64,000 nucleotides of DNA, from IMG/VR virus record IMGVR_UViG_3300031774_002347; one strand, given 5' to 3'. Source of the DNA: an uncultured virus (IMG/VR IMGVR_UViG_3300031774_002347). Its lineage: Duplodnaviria > Heunggongvirae > Uroviricota > Caudoviricetes. Below, piece by piece: positions 31,651 to 41,100 of this stretch. The notes under the pieces are model-generated. The model made no database searches. It worked only from the letters and a program-made list of their open reading frames with translations, and had not been told where the DNA came from. The position numbers and the translations under genes were made by a program. Each line of letters begins with the position of its first letter. Positions within the stretch are counted from its first letter, which is position 1.

Positions 31651-32246
31651 AAACACTAAGTAGTTTTTTAGAAACAACAAAATATGACTGGATAAAAAAT
31701 GCATTTTCGGATGTGGGTAAATATATAAATGCACTTAAACATATTGAAGAACATACACCAAAATTTATAGTTGAGTATGGTGGTGGACAAAGTACTCTTA
31801 TGCTTACAGAATTTGTTAACTATTTGGATTATGGTGGGAAAGTTGTTGGTTATGAGTGTGATTCTTATTGGTATAATGACCATATAGAAAATGGTTGGAA
31901 CAAACACAACAATATAAAACTTGTTGATATTGTAGAGGATATTTATTGGCCAGTGGTTGAAGAACGCCACTATGCCAAAGTTACAGGAGTTAGGTATATT
32001 CACCCAATAGAAGATATAGAGGGTGTTGATTTTGTTATAATAGATGGACCAGCTTTAAAAGATTTTAAATCAGAACCAACCACCACATTTAATCTAATGG
32101 ATATAGTTAATCATATAGGTTATACAATTCCATATTTTATAGATGGTAGGACAGGTGCAAGAAATTTTTATGGAAATGATACAAAATTTCCAAATGTTTT
32201 TGGGTTAGATTACGGAACAGATATAGGAGATAGTAAAGAAATATGA
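31647..32246 (+). CDS. Class I SAM methyltransferase-like protein
   Basis: 'IVEYGGGQST' and 'DFVIIDGP'. Confidence 0.65.
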   Translation: MKTLSSFLETTKYDWIKNAFSDVGKYINALKHIEEHTPKFIVEYGGGQSTLMLTEFVNYLDYGGKVVGYECDSYWYNDHIENGWNKHNNIKLVDIVEDIYWPVVEERHYAKVTGVRYIHPIEDIEGVDFVIIDGPALKDFKSEPTTTFNLMDIVNHIGYTIPYFIDGRTGARNFYGNDTKFPNVFGLDYGTDIGDSKEI

Positions 32247-33055
32247 AGATAATAGCAGAATTATGTCAAAATCACAATGGTGATATAGATATTGTAAAGG
32301 ATATGGTTGTAAAAGCCAAATATAGTGGAGCTGATATAGTAAAGATTCAATCAATCAAAGCTAATTCACTTACTAAACGAGAAGAGTATGAATCATTTAG
32401 AAAGTATTCAGATGAGTATCAAAGATTATCATCATTAGAATTAAGTATGGATGATGAATTAGAATTTATTCATACCGCAAAGGTTAATAATATTATACCA
32501 ATGACAACAATATTTAGTCCTAATCATTATGAGTATTACAATAGTTTAGGATATGATTATTTAAAGTTAAGTGGATATTCGATGAGGGCATTTGATTGGG
32601 GTAAAAAATTAGATAAATTTAATTTTAAACATTTAGTATTCTCTACATCAAGTTTACATCTACACGATATCGAAAAGTGTATTGAGAATTTACAAGGAGT
32701 TGATTTCACAATATTACATTGTGTTTGTTTATATCCAACACCATTTGAAAAATTAAACTTAGCATCAATAGAACATTTAAAAACTCTACACGATAAGATA
32801 GGGTTTAGTGACCATTCAGATAATCTATTACCAAGTAAACAAGCAATCTTTCAAGGTATCGATATGTTAGAAAAACATTTTACTATTTTGGATAAAGAAG
32901 AAACAAGAGATGGTAAGGTTTCAGTTACACCAGAAGAATTAAAAGAGTTACACAAATTCAGTAACTATACAAAAGATGGTCAGTACTTAGAGTTAAATGG
33001 ATTTAATGAGGAACAAAGATTTAATCACGAATATTATCAAGGTAGATTTGAATGA
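32243..33055 (+). CDS. N-acetylneuraminate synthase family (NeuB-like), no C-terminal SAF domain
   Basis: 'IIAELCQNHNGD', 'GADIVKIQ', 'LHCV.LYPT', 'GFSDHS', 'LEKHFT'. Confidence 0.85.
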   Translation: MKIIAELCQNHNGDIDIVKDMVVKAKYSGADIVKIQSIKANSLTKREEYESFRKYSDEYQRLSSLELSMDDELEFIHTAKVNNIIPMTTIFSPNHYEYYNSLGYDYLKLSGYSMRAFDWGKKLDKFNFKHLVFSTSSLHLHDIEKCIENLQGVDFTILHCVCLYPTPFEKLNLASIEHLKTLHDKIGFSDHSDNLLPSKQAIFQGIDMLEKHFTILDKEETRDGKVSVTPEELKELHKFSNYTKDGQYLELNGFNEEQRFNHEYYQGRFE

Positions 33056-33897
33056 TACCAGAATATAAATCAGTAAGTTATATATTAGTTTGGGCAGATA
33101 CTAATACAATGTATAGAAATGATTCTTTAAATTATACTATTAATAAAGAAGTTGATAAAGCATTATTAGACCAAACTATGTATTTGATAGACCAAATATT
33201 ACAATTAAATCCACACGAAATATTAATTATGGACAATGAGGGTAATTTTCCTACACACAAAAATCCATTAGTTAAAGTGATACCATCATATCAATCAGTT
33301 GGATATCTTGATGGGGAACGACCTGAGTGGTTGAATAAAATTAATATAGAAGATTACAAAGAGGATACTGATTTTAATCATGCTAAAAGTTTAGCTATGG
33401 CATACAATCACGGATTGACAATAGCAACAGGTGATTACTTTATAATACAACATAATGATACAAGATACTTGTTTGATAATTTTGATAGTTATACACTTAT
33501 ATATGAGTTTATTAGTGAGTTAGAAGATGGAAAGTATGAATATATTACAATTGATAAAAAACCACCAAAGAATACATCACCAGATGGTTATGATTACTTT
33601 GCAGATTGTTATTGGTTCTTATGTAGAAAAGATTTTTATTCTAAACATAATATTTGGGTGGATTGGGTTCGAGGTGATAACAATCATTTAGCAACTATTA
33701 CTTGTAAAGATAAAGAATTAAGATACTTACACCTACCTGGATTTTTTGAAACTGAAGAACATATTCCAGAAGAGTTTAATAGAAAATATTACTTTGGTAG
33801 TAAATCAGGTAATTTACATATATTTAGAGATAAACCATTTTTATTACATTTTAAAGGTGGTACGGGTTTACACAGAGTATTGGCAAAAAACAGATGA
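33052..33897 (+). CDS. Putative GT-A glycosyltransferase
   Basis: 'ILIMDN', 'AYNHGL..ATGDY.IIQHND'. Confidence 0.6.
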   Translation: MIPEYKSVSYILVWADTNTMYRNDSLNYTINKEVDKALLDQTMYLIDQILQLNPHEILIMDNEGNFPTHKNPLVKVIPSYQSVGYLDGERPEWLNKINIEDYKEDTDFNHAKSLAMAYNHGLTIATGDYFIIQHNDTRYLFDNFDSYTLIYEFISELEDGKYEYITIDKKPPKNTSPDGYDYFADCYWFLCRKDFYSKHNIWVDWVRGDNNHLATITCKDKELRYLHLPGFFETEEHIPEEFNRKYYFGSKSGNLHIFRDKPFLLHFKGGTGLHRVLAKNR

Positions 33898-34667
33898 TAT
33901 TATTAACAAACGGAGATAGTTGGACACAAGGTGATTCACCAGCACAAGATTTAAATTGGAAAGCCACTAAATCATTAGATTGGTATGATATCATTCCAAA
34001 CTTTGGTAATAATACTAATCCTTGTGATAATAGGATTTTATATAAATTTTATGATAGTGATGTATGGCCAAAAGTATTAGGAAAAAAACTTGGTGTTGAA
34101 ACTTGGAATGCTGGTAGGTTGGGTGATAGTAATGATAGGATATTTAGAACTACAATTAGTTCTATTGAGTATTTAGAATCACTTGGTAAAAAAGATTTTT
34201 TTGTTGTGATAGGATTAACATCTATGTTTAGATATGAAACTTGGAACGATGTTGGTATTAAAGAAAATGAAAAGAAATTAAAAGGTAAGTGGATAAATGC
34301 ACGAATATCACCAAAAGAATATTTAGATTTTGCAAAAGAATCCTTAGTACATAGACTTTGTTTAAATATAATAAATCTTCAAAACTTTTTAAAGGTAAGA
34401 AATATACCATATTTAATATTTAATTGTTTTGATGATTTTGATGAGGATATTCGAGAAGATTCTTTTTTTAAGTATATTGATTTAGATTATATTTATAATA
34501 AAGACTTTAAATCACATTTTAGACTTGGTGTAGAAAATGAATTTAATACAGATTGGAGTAATACTGATGATTATTTTCGAACAAATCATCCAACGGATAA
34601 AAGCCATATATGGTGGGGATTAAAGTTAACAAAATACATAAGGGAAAATTATGAAAATTTTAAATAA
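33894..34667 (+). CDS. SGNH/GDSL-like protein
   Basis: 'NGDSWTQG', 'VWPKVLG', 'GDSNDRI', 'NHPT..SH'. Confidence 0.7.
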   Translation: MILLTNGDSWTQGDSPAQDLNWKATKSLDWYDIIPNFGNNTNPCDNRILYKFYDSDVWPKVLGKKLGVETWNAGRLGDSNDRIFRTTISSIEYLESLGKKDFFVVIGLTSMFRYETWNDVGIKENEKKLKGKWINARISPKEYLDFAKESLVHRLCLNIINLQNFLKVRNIPYLIFNCFDDFDEDIREDSFFKYIDLDYIYNKDFKSHFRLGVENEFNTDWSNTDDYFRTNHPTDKSHIWWGLKLTKYIRENYENFK

Positions 34668-34761
34668 AATTAAAGGGTTTTATTATAAGTTAATTACAGA
34701 ATATAAATTCCGTAAAAAACTAAAAGAAATAAAAAAACGCGACCCATTTATTTACAAATGA
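34651..34761 (+). CDS. Small basic peptide (36 aa, absent from ORF track)
   Basis: MKILNKIKGFYYKLITEYKFRKKLKEIKKRDPFIYK; overlaps both neighbours, with ATGA coupling at 34758. Confidence 0.65.
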   Translation: MKILNKIKGFYYKLITEYKFRKKLKEIKKRDPFIYK

Positions 34762-35147
34762 ACGAAAAAGAGTTCTTCGAAGTTTTATATCCAAAAACAA
34801 ATAAGTATATCAATTCAAAAAAAGTTGATATCGAAATCATACATCCATTAGAATATTGGGATAAACCAAGAACAAAACAAGAAGGGCCAGTTTGTGAGTG
34901 TGTGGGTGAGAATACAAACAAAGCATTGTTTGAGTATTTTATGAAATTAATTAAACAAGGTATTGAATTACCTATATATCTTAATAGTAAAAATCAGATA
35001 ATGGATGGGTGGCATAGGTTTCACGCATACTATTATTTGGGTAATACTATGATTCCATTTTATCGTAATAAATTAACAAGAAATCACGGATTTTGTTGGA
35101 AAAAAGGTTTAGAAGGTCGTAGAAGATTGCGTACTAAAACTTGGTAG
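34758..35147 (+). CDS. ParB/Srx-like protein
   Basis: 'IKQGIELPIYL...IMDGWHR'. Confidence 0.65.
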   Translation: MNEKEFFEVLYPKTNKYINSKKVDIEIIHPLEYWDKPRTKQEGPVCECVGENTNKALFEYFMKLIKQGIELPIYLNSKNQIMDGWHRFHAYYYLGNTMIPFYRNKLTRNHGFCWKKGLEGRRRLRTKTW

Positions 35148-35150
35148 TTT

Positions 35151-35160
35151 TATATTTATA
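35151..35160 (+). promoter_or_regulatory. Recurrent motif TATATTTATA (putative late promoter)
   Basis: Lies in the gap upstream of 35193. Confidence 0.55.
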
Positions 35161-35192
35161 AGTGTAACATTACATACACATTGGAGTTTTTA

Positions 35193-35933
35193 ATGATTAA
35201 ATTAATGGATTTACTAAAAGAGGGTGTACAAGATAAAGGTATATTCAAAGCCGTATTTCTTGCAGGTGGACCTGGGAGTGGTAAAACTTATGCTGCCAAA
35301 CAAATATTTGGTATACCTGATAGATTTAATATATCTATGAGTGGTATGAAGATGGTTAACTCGGATAAAGAGCTAAAGTTTTTATTAAATAAATTTGGAT
35401 TTGGTACTGATTTAGATAAAATGCCTGATGAAGTATTTTTAAACTTAACAGGTGATGGGCCAGATGCAAGTGGATTAAGAAAGTTTTCAAAATCACTTAC
35501 CAAACAAAGAATGAAATTATATCAACAAGGTAAGTTGGGTATGATAATAGATGGTACAGGCCACGATTTTGCTAAAATACAAAAAATGAAATCTGAGTTA
35601 GAAGCAGATGGATATGATACTTATATGTGTATGGTGAATACATCATTAGAGGTGGCACAAAAAAGAAATCAAGAAAGAGATAGAATACTACCACCAGATT
35701 TATTAGAGAAGAGTTGGAAAGATGTACAGAAAAATCTTGGTGCATTTCAATCATTATTTAAAAATAATTTCGTGATAGTTGATAATTCAAAACATCTATC
35801 CGATGAAGAAGCGGAGGCAAAATTTGTTCCATTGGTTACTAAAGTTGTTAGAAAGTTTGTTGCTAAACCTATCAAAAACAAACTTGGAAAAAAGTGGGTT
35901 GAAAAACAAAAACTACTTAATAGGAGAAAATAA
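35193..35933 (+). CDS. P-loop kinase (AAA_33/zeta-toxin/Pnk-kinase-like) with N-terminal MIKLMDLLKE peptide
   Basis: 'LAGGPGSGKT', 'IIDGTG', lid 'A.KRNQER.R'; GGAG SD precedes ATG 35193. Confidence 0.75.
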   Translation: MIKLMDLLKEGVQDKGIFKAVFLAGGPGSGKTYAAKQIFGIPDRFNISMSGMKMVNSDKELKFLLNKFGFGTDLDKMPDEVFLNLTGDGPDASGLRKFSKSLTKQRMKLYQQGKLGMIIDGTGHDFAKIQKMKSELEADGYDTYMCMVNTSLEVAQKRNQERDRILPPDLLEKSWKDVQKNLGAFQSLFKNNFVIVDNSKHLSDEEAEAKFVPLVTKVVRKFVAKPIKNKLGKKWVEKQKLLNRRK

Positions 35934-35934
35934 A

Positions 35935-36417
35935 ATGTTAACAACATTCGATGAGATTATAGAAGTAACACTACACCACGAAGGCGGATATGTTCACGAC
36001 CCAAGTGATTTAGGTGGTGAAACAAACTTCGGTATAGCAAAAAGATTTTATCCAGATGTAGATATTAAGAACCTTGATAAAGAGGGTGCTAAAGAAATCT
36101 ATAAAAAAGATTATTGGGATAAAAATAAGGTAGATGATTTATCAGATGATTTAAAACATATCTTTTTTGATATGTGTGTGAATCAAGGTAGAGGAACTGC
36201 CGTAAAGATTTTACAACGAGCGTGTAATGCAAAGGGTGCTGATTTAGCTATTGATGGTGGATTTGGACCTGGTACAAAAAGTGCAGTAGATACATATAAA
36301 CCATCACTTGGTAGAGTTCGTTGTTATAGATTAAAACATTATTATGATTTAGTAAATAGAAAACCAGAACAAGAACGCTTTTTGTATGGTTGGTTTAAAC
36401 GAGCATTATCAGTATAG
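35935..36417 (+). CDS. Endolysin, glycoside hydrolase family 108 with PG-binding C-terminus
   Basis: 'HEGGYVHDPSDLGGETNFGI', 'DGGFGPGT', 'FLYGW..R'; AGGAG SD at 35922. Confidence 0.85.
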   Translation: MLTTFDEIIEVTLHHEGGYVHDPSDLGGETNFGIAKRFYPDVDIKNLDKEGAKEIYKKDYWDKNKVDDLSDDLKHIFFDMCVNQGRGTAVKILQRACNAKGADLAIDGGFGPGTKSAVDTYKPSLGRVRCYRLKHYYDLVNRKPEQERFLYGWFKRALSV

Positions 36418-36427
36418 GAGATAAGAA

Positions 36428-36721
36428 ATGTCAGCATTAGGAATAAAAACAATGAGTGGAAGTTTCGTAAGTAGAACCGCAGGTTCATACTCTACTTCTG
36501 CAAAATTTAAACAAATAGAAACTGTCACGGCGGATACAGATTTTTACGCAACAGGTTCATTTGCAGGTTCAAAAGGATTCATAGTCCAAACTGCAGGAAA
36601 TTCAGTAATAACACCAATTCAAGGTGATAGTATTGCTGCATCAGCAGTAACTGCAAAAACACTATATGAGATTGGTGTGAACAGAGTTAGTGGTAGTGGA
36701 TTAATTAGTCTACTTTATTAA
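36428..36721 (+). CDS. Small structural protein, possible head spike-base (RcGTA Rcc01079-like)
   Basis: 'VT..TD...FIVQTAGNSVIT...G.......LYEIGVNRV...G.I.LL' pattern. Confidence 0.45.
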   Translation: MSALGIKTMSGSFVSRTAGSYSTSAKFKQIETVTADTDFYATGSFAGSKGFIVQTAGNSVITPIQGDSIAASAVTAKTLYEIGVNRVSGSGLISLLY

Positions 36722-36723
36722 AA

Positions 36724-37041
36724 ATGGCAGGAGATTGCTATCAAGCCAATGGTAATTTTATCATTGAAAAAATGGATGACAAACAATTTAAGTTGTGTCA
36801 CGGAGTTGCTTTGTTAGCAAGTGATAAGAAACCTTATGGTCATTGTTGGATAGAGAAAGGAAGTATGGTAATGGATTTTTCTAATGGAAAAAAACTGGCA
36901 TTACAAAAGAAAAAATATTACGAATTAGGTGGAATACCCGTAAAGGGATATCCAGTCTATAAATATACAGGTAGAGAAGCGGCAACACAAATGGTAAAAT
37001 TAGGACATTGGGGACCTTGGGAATCCAAACCACCGAGATAA
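36724..37041 (+). CDS. Small protein with Cys-His-Asp (transglutaminase/papain-like) motifs
   Basis: 'GDCY', 'GHCWIE', 'VMDFS'. Confidence 0.45.
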   Translation: MAGDCYQANGNFIIEKMDDKQFKLCHGVALLASDKKPYGHCWIEKGSMVMDFSNGKKLALQKKKYYELGGIPVKGYPVYKYTGREAATQMVKLGHWGPWESKPPR

Positions 37042-37044
37042 ATT

Positions 37045-38136
37045 ATGAGAACATTTCACATAGATGAACCAAGAGAAATTGGAAAAAAGAAAGATAGATT
37101 ATCATCAAGAGAAAAGATGATGGTTAAGAATGATATATTAGAACGATTAGCACACGAGAATACTTGTGTTAATTGTGGTGATATTGTTAATGAAGATTTA
37201 AGAAAATGGTTTAAAGATAAATGGGTAAACATCGGTAAAAAGAAAAAAGGCGGTGGACACCCACCTTGTGGTACGAGTGGTAAAAAAAGGGGATATGCAA
37301 AATGTGTTCCTAAAAGTAAAGCTGCTAGTATGAGTAAGAAAGATAAAAAAAGTGCAACTCGTAGAAAAAGAGCAGCACAAAACAAAGCAAATCGTGGTGG
37401 AACTGATTCCACGAGGGGTGGTGGTAAAAAACCAATCAATGTAAAAACGAAAGCGGAGAACATAATGAAGTTAGAAGAATTAGTAGGAAAAAGAATCACA
37501 GAAGCTCAATTTGATGAGGCTGCTGGTGAAAAGGATGCGTGTTATCATAAAGTAAAATCTCGTTATGATGTATGGCCTTCCGCTTACGCTAGTGGTGCAT
37601 TGGTAAAATGTAGAAAAGTTGGTGCAAAGAATTGGGGTAACAAATCTAAGAAAGAAAATGTAAAAGAAACTAAGGTTTGGAGTCTTGATGAAAAGTGTTG
37701 GAAAGGATATGAGAAAAAAGGAACAAAGAAAATGTTTGGTAAAACATATCCTAATTGTGTAAAGAAAGAGGGTGTTCAAACTAATGTTTGGTTAGGTGAA
37801 AACGAACTCTATTACGAATCCAATACAGGTGAATCTGGTGGATACACATTTGAATTTATTGATAATAATAATTTACAAGAAGCAGAATATCAAGGAAGAA
37901 AAGTAAAACTTGGTAAGATTATGCAAGGTGATGTTAAAAAGTTTAAAGTATATGTTAACAATCCAAAAGGAAATGTTGTTAAAGTAAACTTCGGACAGGG
38001 TGGAGATGCTAAGGGTGGAACTATGAGAATTAGAAAATCCAATCCTAAAGCTCGTAAATCATTTAGAGCAAGACATAATTGTGATAGTCCAGGTCCAAGA
38101 CATAAAGCTCGTTACTGGTCGTGTAGGAAGTGGTAG
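37045..38136 (+). CDS. Basic multi-module protein (probable internal head polyprotein)
   Basis: Four Lys/Arg/Cys-rich mini-domains separated by VNE, ITE/FDE, LDE and LQE. Confidence 0.6.
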   Translation: MRTFHIDEPREIGKKKDRLSSREKMMVKNDILERLAHENTCVNCGDIVNEDLRKWFKDKWVNIGKKKKGGGHPPCGTSGKKRGYAKCVPKSKAASMSKKDKKSATRRKRAAQNKANRGGTDSTRGGGKKPINVKTKAENIMKLEELVGKRITEAQFDEAAGEKDACYHKVKSRYDVWPSAYASGALVKCRKVGAKNWGNKSKKENVKETKVWSLDEKCWKGYEKKGTKKMFGKTYPNCVKKEGVQTNVWLGENELYYESNTGESGGYTFEFIDNNNLQEAEYQGRKVKLGKIMQGDVKKFKVYVNNPKGNVVKVNFGQGGDAKGGTMRIRKSNPKARKSFRARHNCDSPGPRHKARYWSCRKW

Positions 38137-38137
38137 A

Positions 38138-41100
38138 GTGTCTCTTCTAACAGAATGGCTAATTAAACCACTAACAGAAGATGTAAAGTTACCAATAGAA
38201 GTAGGTGATACTGTCTTGATGGGTAGGTTTAAAAATAAAAAAGTTACTGTCAAGAGTATTGATTATAACGAAAAGGGTGATTTATTAATCAATGGTAGAC
38301 CTGCATTAAAATTCAGATTAACTAAACAAAATGGTAAGAAACTATTACCACAGAAAACTACAGATAAGGGTTCAGTTGCAAAAGACCCAGATATGAGAGG
38401 TGCAGAATTTAAAGGTATTCGTGCTAATAAAAAAGAAAATGTTAATGAAAATAAAATAACCATTAATGTACCTGGTGATATAAAAGGGTTACATCGTCTA
38501 TTCAAGAAAAACAAAAAACAATTATACATAGTGGGTGGTGCAGTTCGTGATGCAATACTTGGTAAGAAACCAAAAGATTTTGATTTAGCTACAGATGCAA
38601 AACCAGATGAAGTATTGAAGATTGCAAAGAGTGGTGGATTCAAAACATATGAGGTTGGTAAATCATTTGGAGTAGTGGTTGTGGGTGGACACGAGATTGC
38701 AACATTCAGAAAAGATATTGGTAAAGGTCGTAGACCAGATGCAGTTGATTTCTCTGATATACAAGGTGATGTCAAACGAAGAGATTTAACTATTAATGCT
38801 ATGTTCTATGATATAGGAAGTAATGAAGTTGTAGATTTGACTGGTGGATTAAAAGATTTAAAAGCAAAAATAATAAAAACAGTCGGTAATCCTAATCGTA
38901 GGTTTGACGAAGACCCATTAAGAAAATTAAGAGCACTAAGATTTCAGGCAGTTGTTGGTGGTAAGATGGATAAAGAAACAGAAATGGCTTTATTAAAGAA
39001 TCCAAGTTTAAAGGGTGTTAGTTTTGAAAGAATTAGAGAAGAGTTTGTAAAGGGAATTGAAAAGGGAAAATCACCTAAATTATTTATGGAAGCTTGTGAT
39101 AAGTTTGGATTTACAAAACAAATATTTCCCAAGTTAAATATAGCAAAACCTTATCCACAAGTCAAGGATTATGTTTTATTTATTGCATCTATTTTAAGAA
39201 ACAATAAAGTACAAAAATTAGGTAAACAATTAAACGCATTAAAGTATAGTGCAAAAGATGCTAATAATATTCAGTTTTTAGTTTATTTAAAAAACTTTAA
39301 ACCAGAAAACATTTATATGATAAAGAAGGCACAAGATAAAACCACACTAACACCAAGACAAATTGTTGTGTGGGGTGGAATGATTGGTAAAGATTTTAGA
39401 AAACTTGCTACATTTAAATTAAGTGTGAAGGCAGGTGGTGATGAATTTATAGGATTAAAAGGTAAAGAGATTGGTGATAAGATAAAAGAATTAGAGAAGA
39501 AAAAATTCTTAAATGAAATGATTCCATCACCAAGTAGAAAGGGTATTAATAAAAACAAAACTGATAGAATGAGTGGATATAAAAAAGTAGAGGAAATAGC
39601 AGTTCGTAAGAAACCTAAAACATTCAGAGATATTTATAATTCAATTCCAATAGATTTAAAGAAACGAGTTATGAACCTTAAAAACTTTGACCAACGAAGA
39701 GATGCTCATCCAGAGGGTAATGTTTTAAAACATACCATTGCTGTAACTAACAGAGCATTAAAAACAGGTGATATAGATTTTGCTCTATCAGCATTGTTTC
39801 ACGATATAGGAAAAGATTCAACCGCAAAGATACATCCAAAGAAAGGTTTCTGGACACATTATGGACACGAGAAGGTTTCTGCTAAACTTGTATTGAAACA
39901 CAAGAAGTGGATACAATCATTGGGTGGTGATGTTGATGATATACATTACATAGTAAAGAATCATATGAGAATGAAAGTATTTGATAAGATGAGATGGCAT
40001 AAACAAGATAAGATGAGGAAAGATAAAGCATTTGGTAAGTTACAAAAATTTACTACATTCGATAAAGGTGGTAGGGGTATAAGTGATGGTAAAATAAATA
40101 AAAAAACACTTGACTCTTATATGGAAAATGTCGTATATTCTATCATAGAAGATGGGGATTTTGCAATCAATTTGAACGAGAATAAGATTAAAAAAGTAAT
40201 AGGTATTTATGGTGGAAGATTTCAACCATATGGTCCACATCATCACAAAACATTTAAATGGTTACAATCTAAAGTTGATGATGCATATATTACTACATCT
40301 GATATAAAGAAACCACCAAGACACCCAATGAACTTTCAAGAGAAAGCAAGACATATGGCAAAGATGGGTGTACCAAAAAATAAAATTAGAAAAGAAAAAG
40401 TACCTTTAGTTTCAAAAGAGTTACTTAAAAAGTTTGACCCAAAAACTACCGCAGTTGTTTATATCTTTGGAGCAAAAGATGCTGGTAGATTAAGTGGTGG
40501 TAAAAAGAAAGATGGTTCACCTGGATACTTTCAAGATTACAAAAAGAATATACGAAACATAAAGGGGTACGAAGAACACGGATACTTTTTAGTTGCACCG
40601 CATGTAAGTATGAAAATCGGTAGTAATGAGGTATCAGGTACTACTATGAGAAATATATTAGGTTCACCTAAGATTAAAGATGAGGATAGACCTAAAGTAT
40701 TTAAAAAGTTATTTGGATACTACGATAAGGGTTTATATAATATGATGACTAATAAATTCAAAAAGTTATTTGAATTTTATAATCAATCATCAGTAAAAAA
40801 TATATTAAAAGAAGTAAGTGCACTTGGAGATACTGTCACACCAAGTGATTTGGATGATGAGGGATTATATGATTTCTTTAATTCATTCGGAGATTATAAA
40901 AGAATATCACCAAAACACGCAGAAATATTAGGATGGGAAGTAGTAGGTGACATAATTGGTAAAAATGCAAAAGACCCAGGTTTTGATTTCACCACATCAA
41001 CGATAAGTAGAGTAGATACAGTCACATTTGGTAAAACGATAAATCAAAATACATCTAATACTGATAGTGTGAGTAATCCATTTCCAAAATACCAAAAGTA

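Noticed and set aside
3..35147. Bacterial capsule/LPS locus joined to a prophage
   Set aside because: No wzx/wzy/ABC export genes. Same strand, composition and intergenic motif as the phage structural genes, with no integrase or visible junction.
38081..38137. ORF-track start of the polyprotein (and upstream starts at 887, 35779, 53059, 53631, 55844, 63062)
   Set aside because: These overlap upstream genes or regulatory sequence. Downstream ATG/GTG codons with SD or coupling are better supported.
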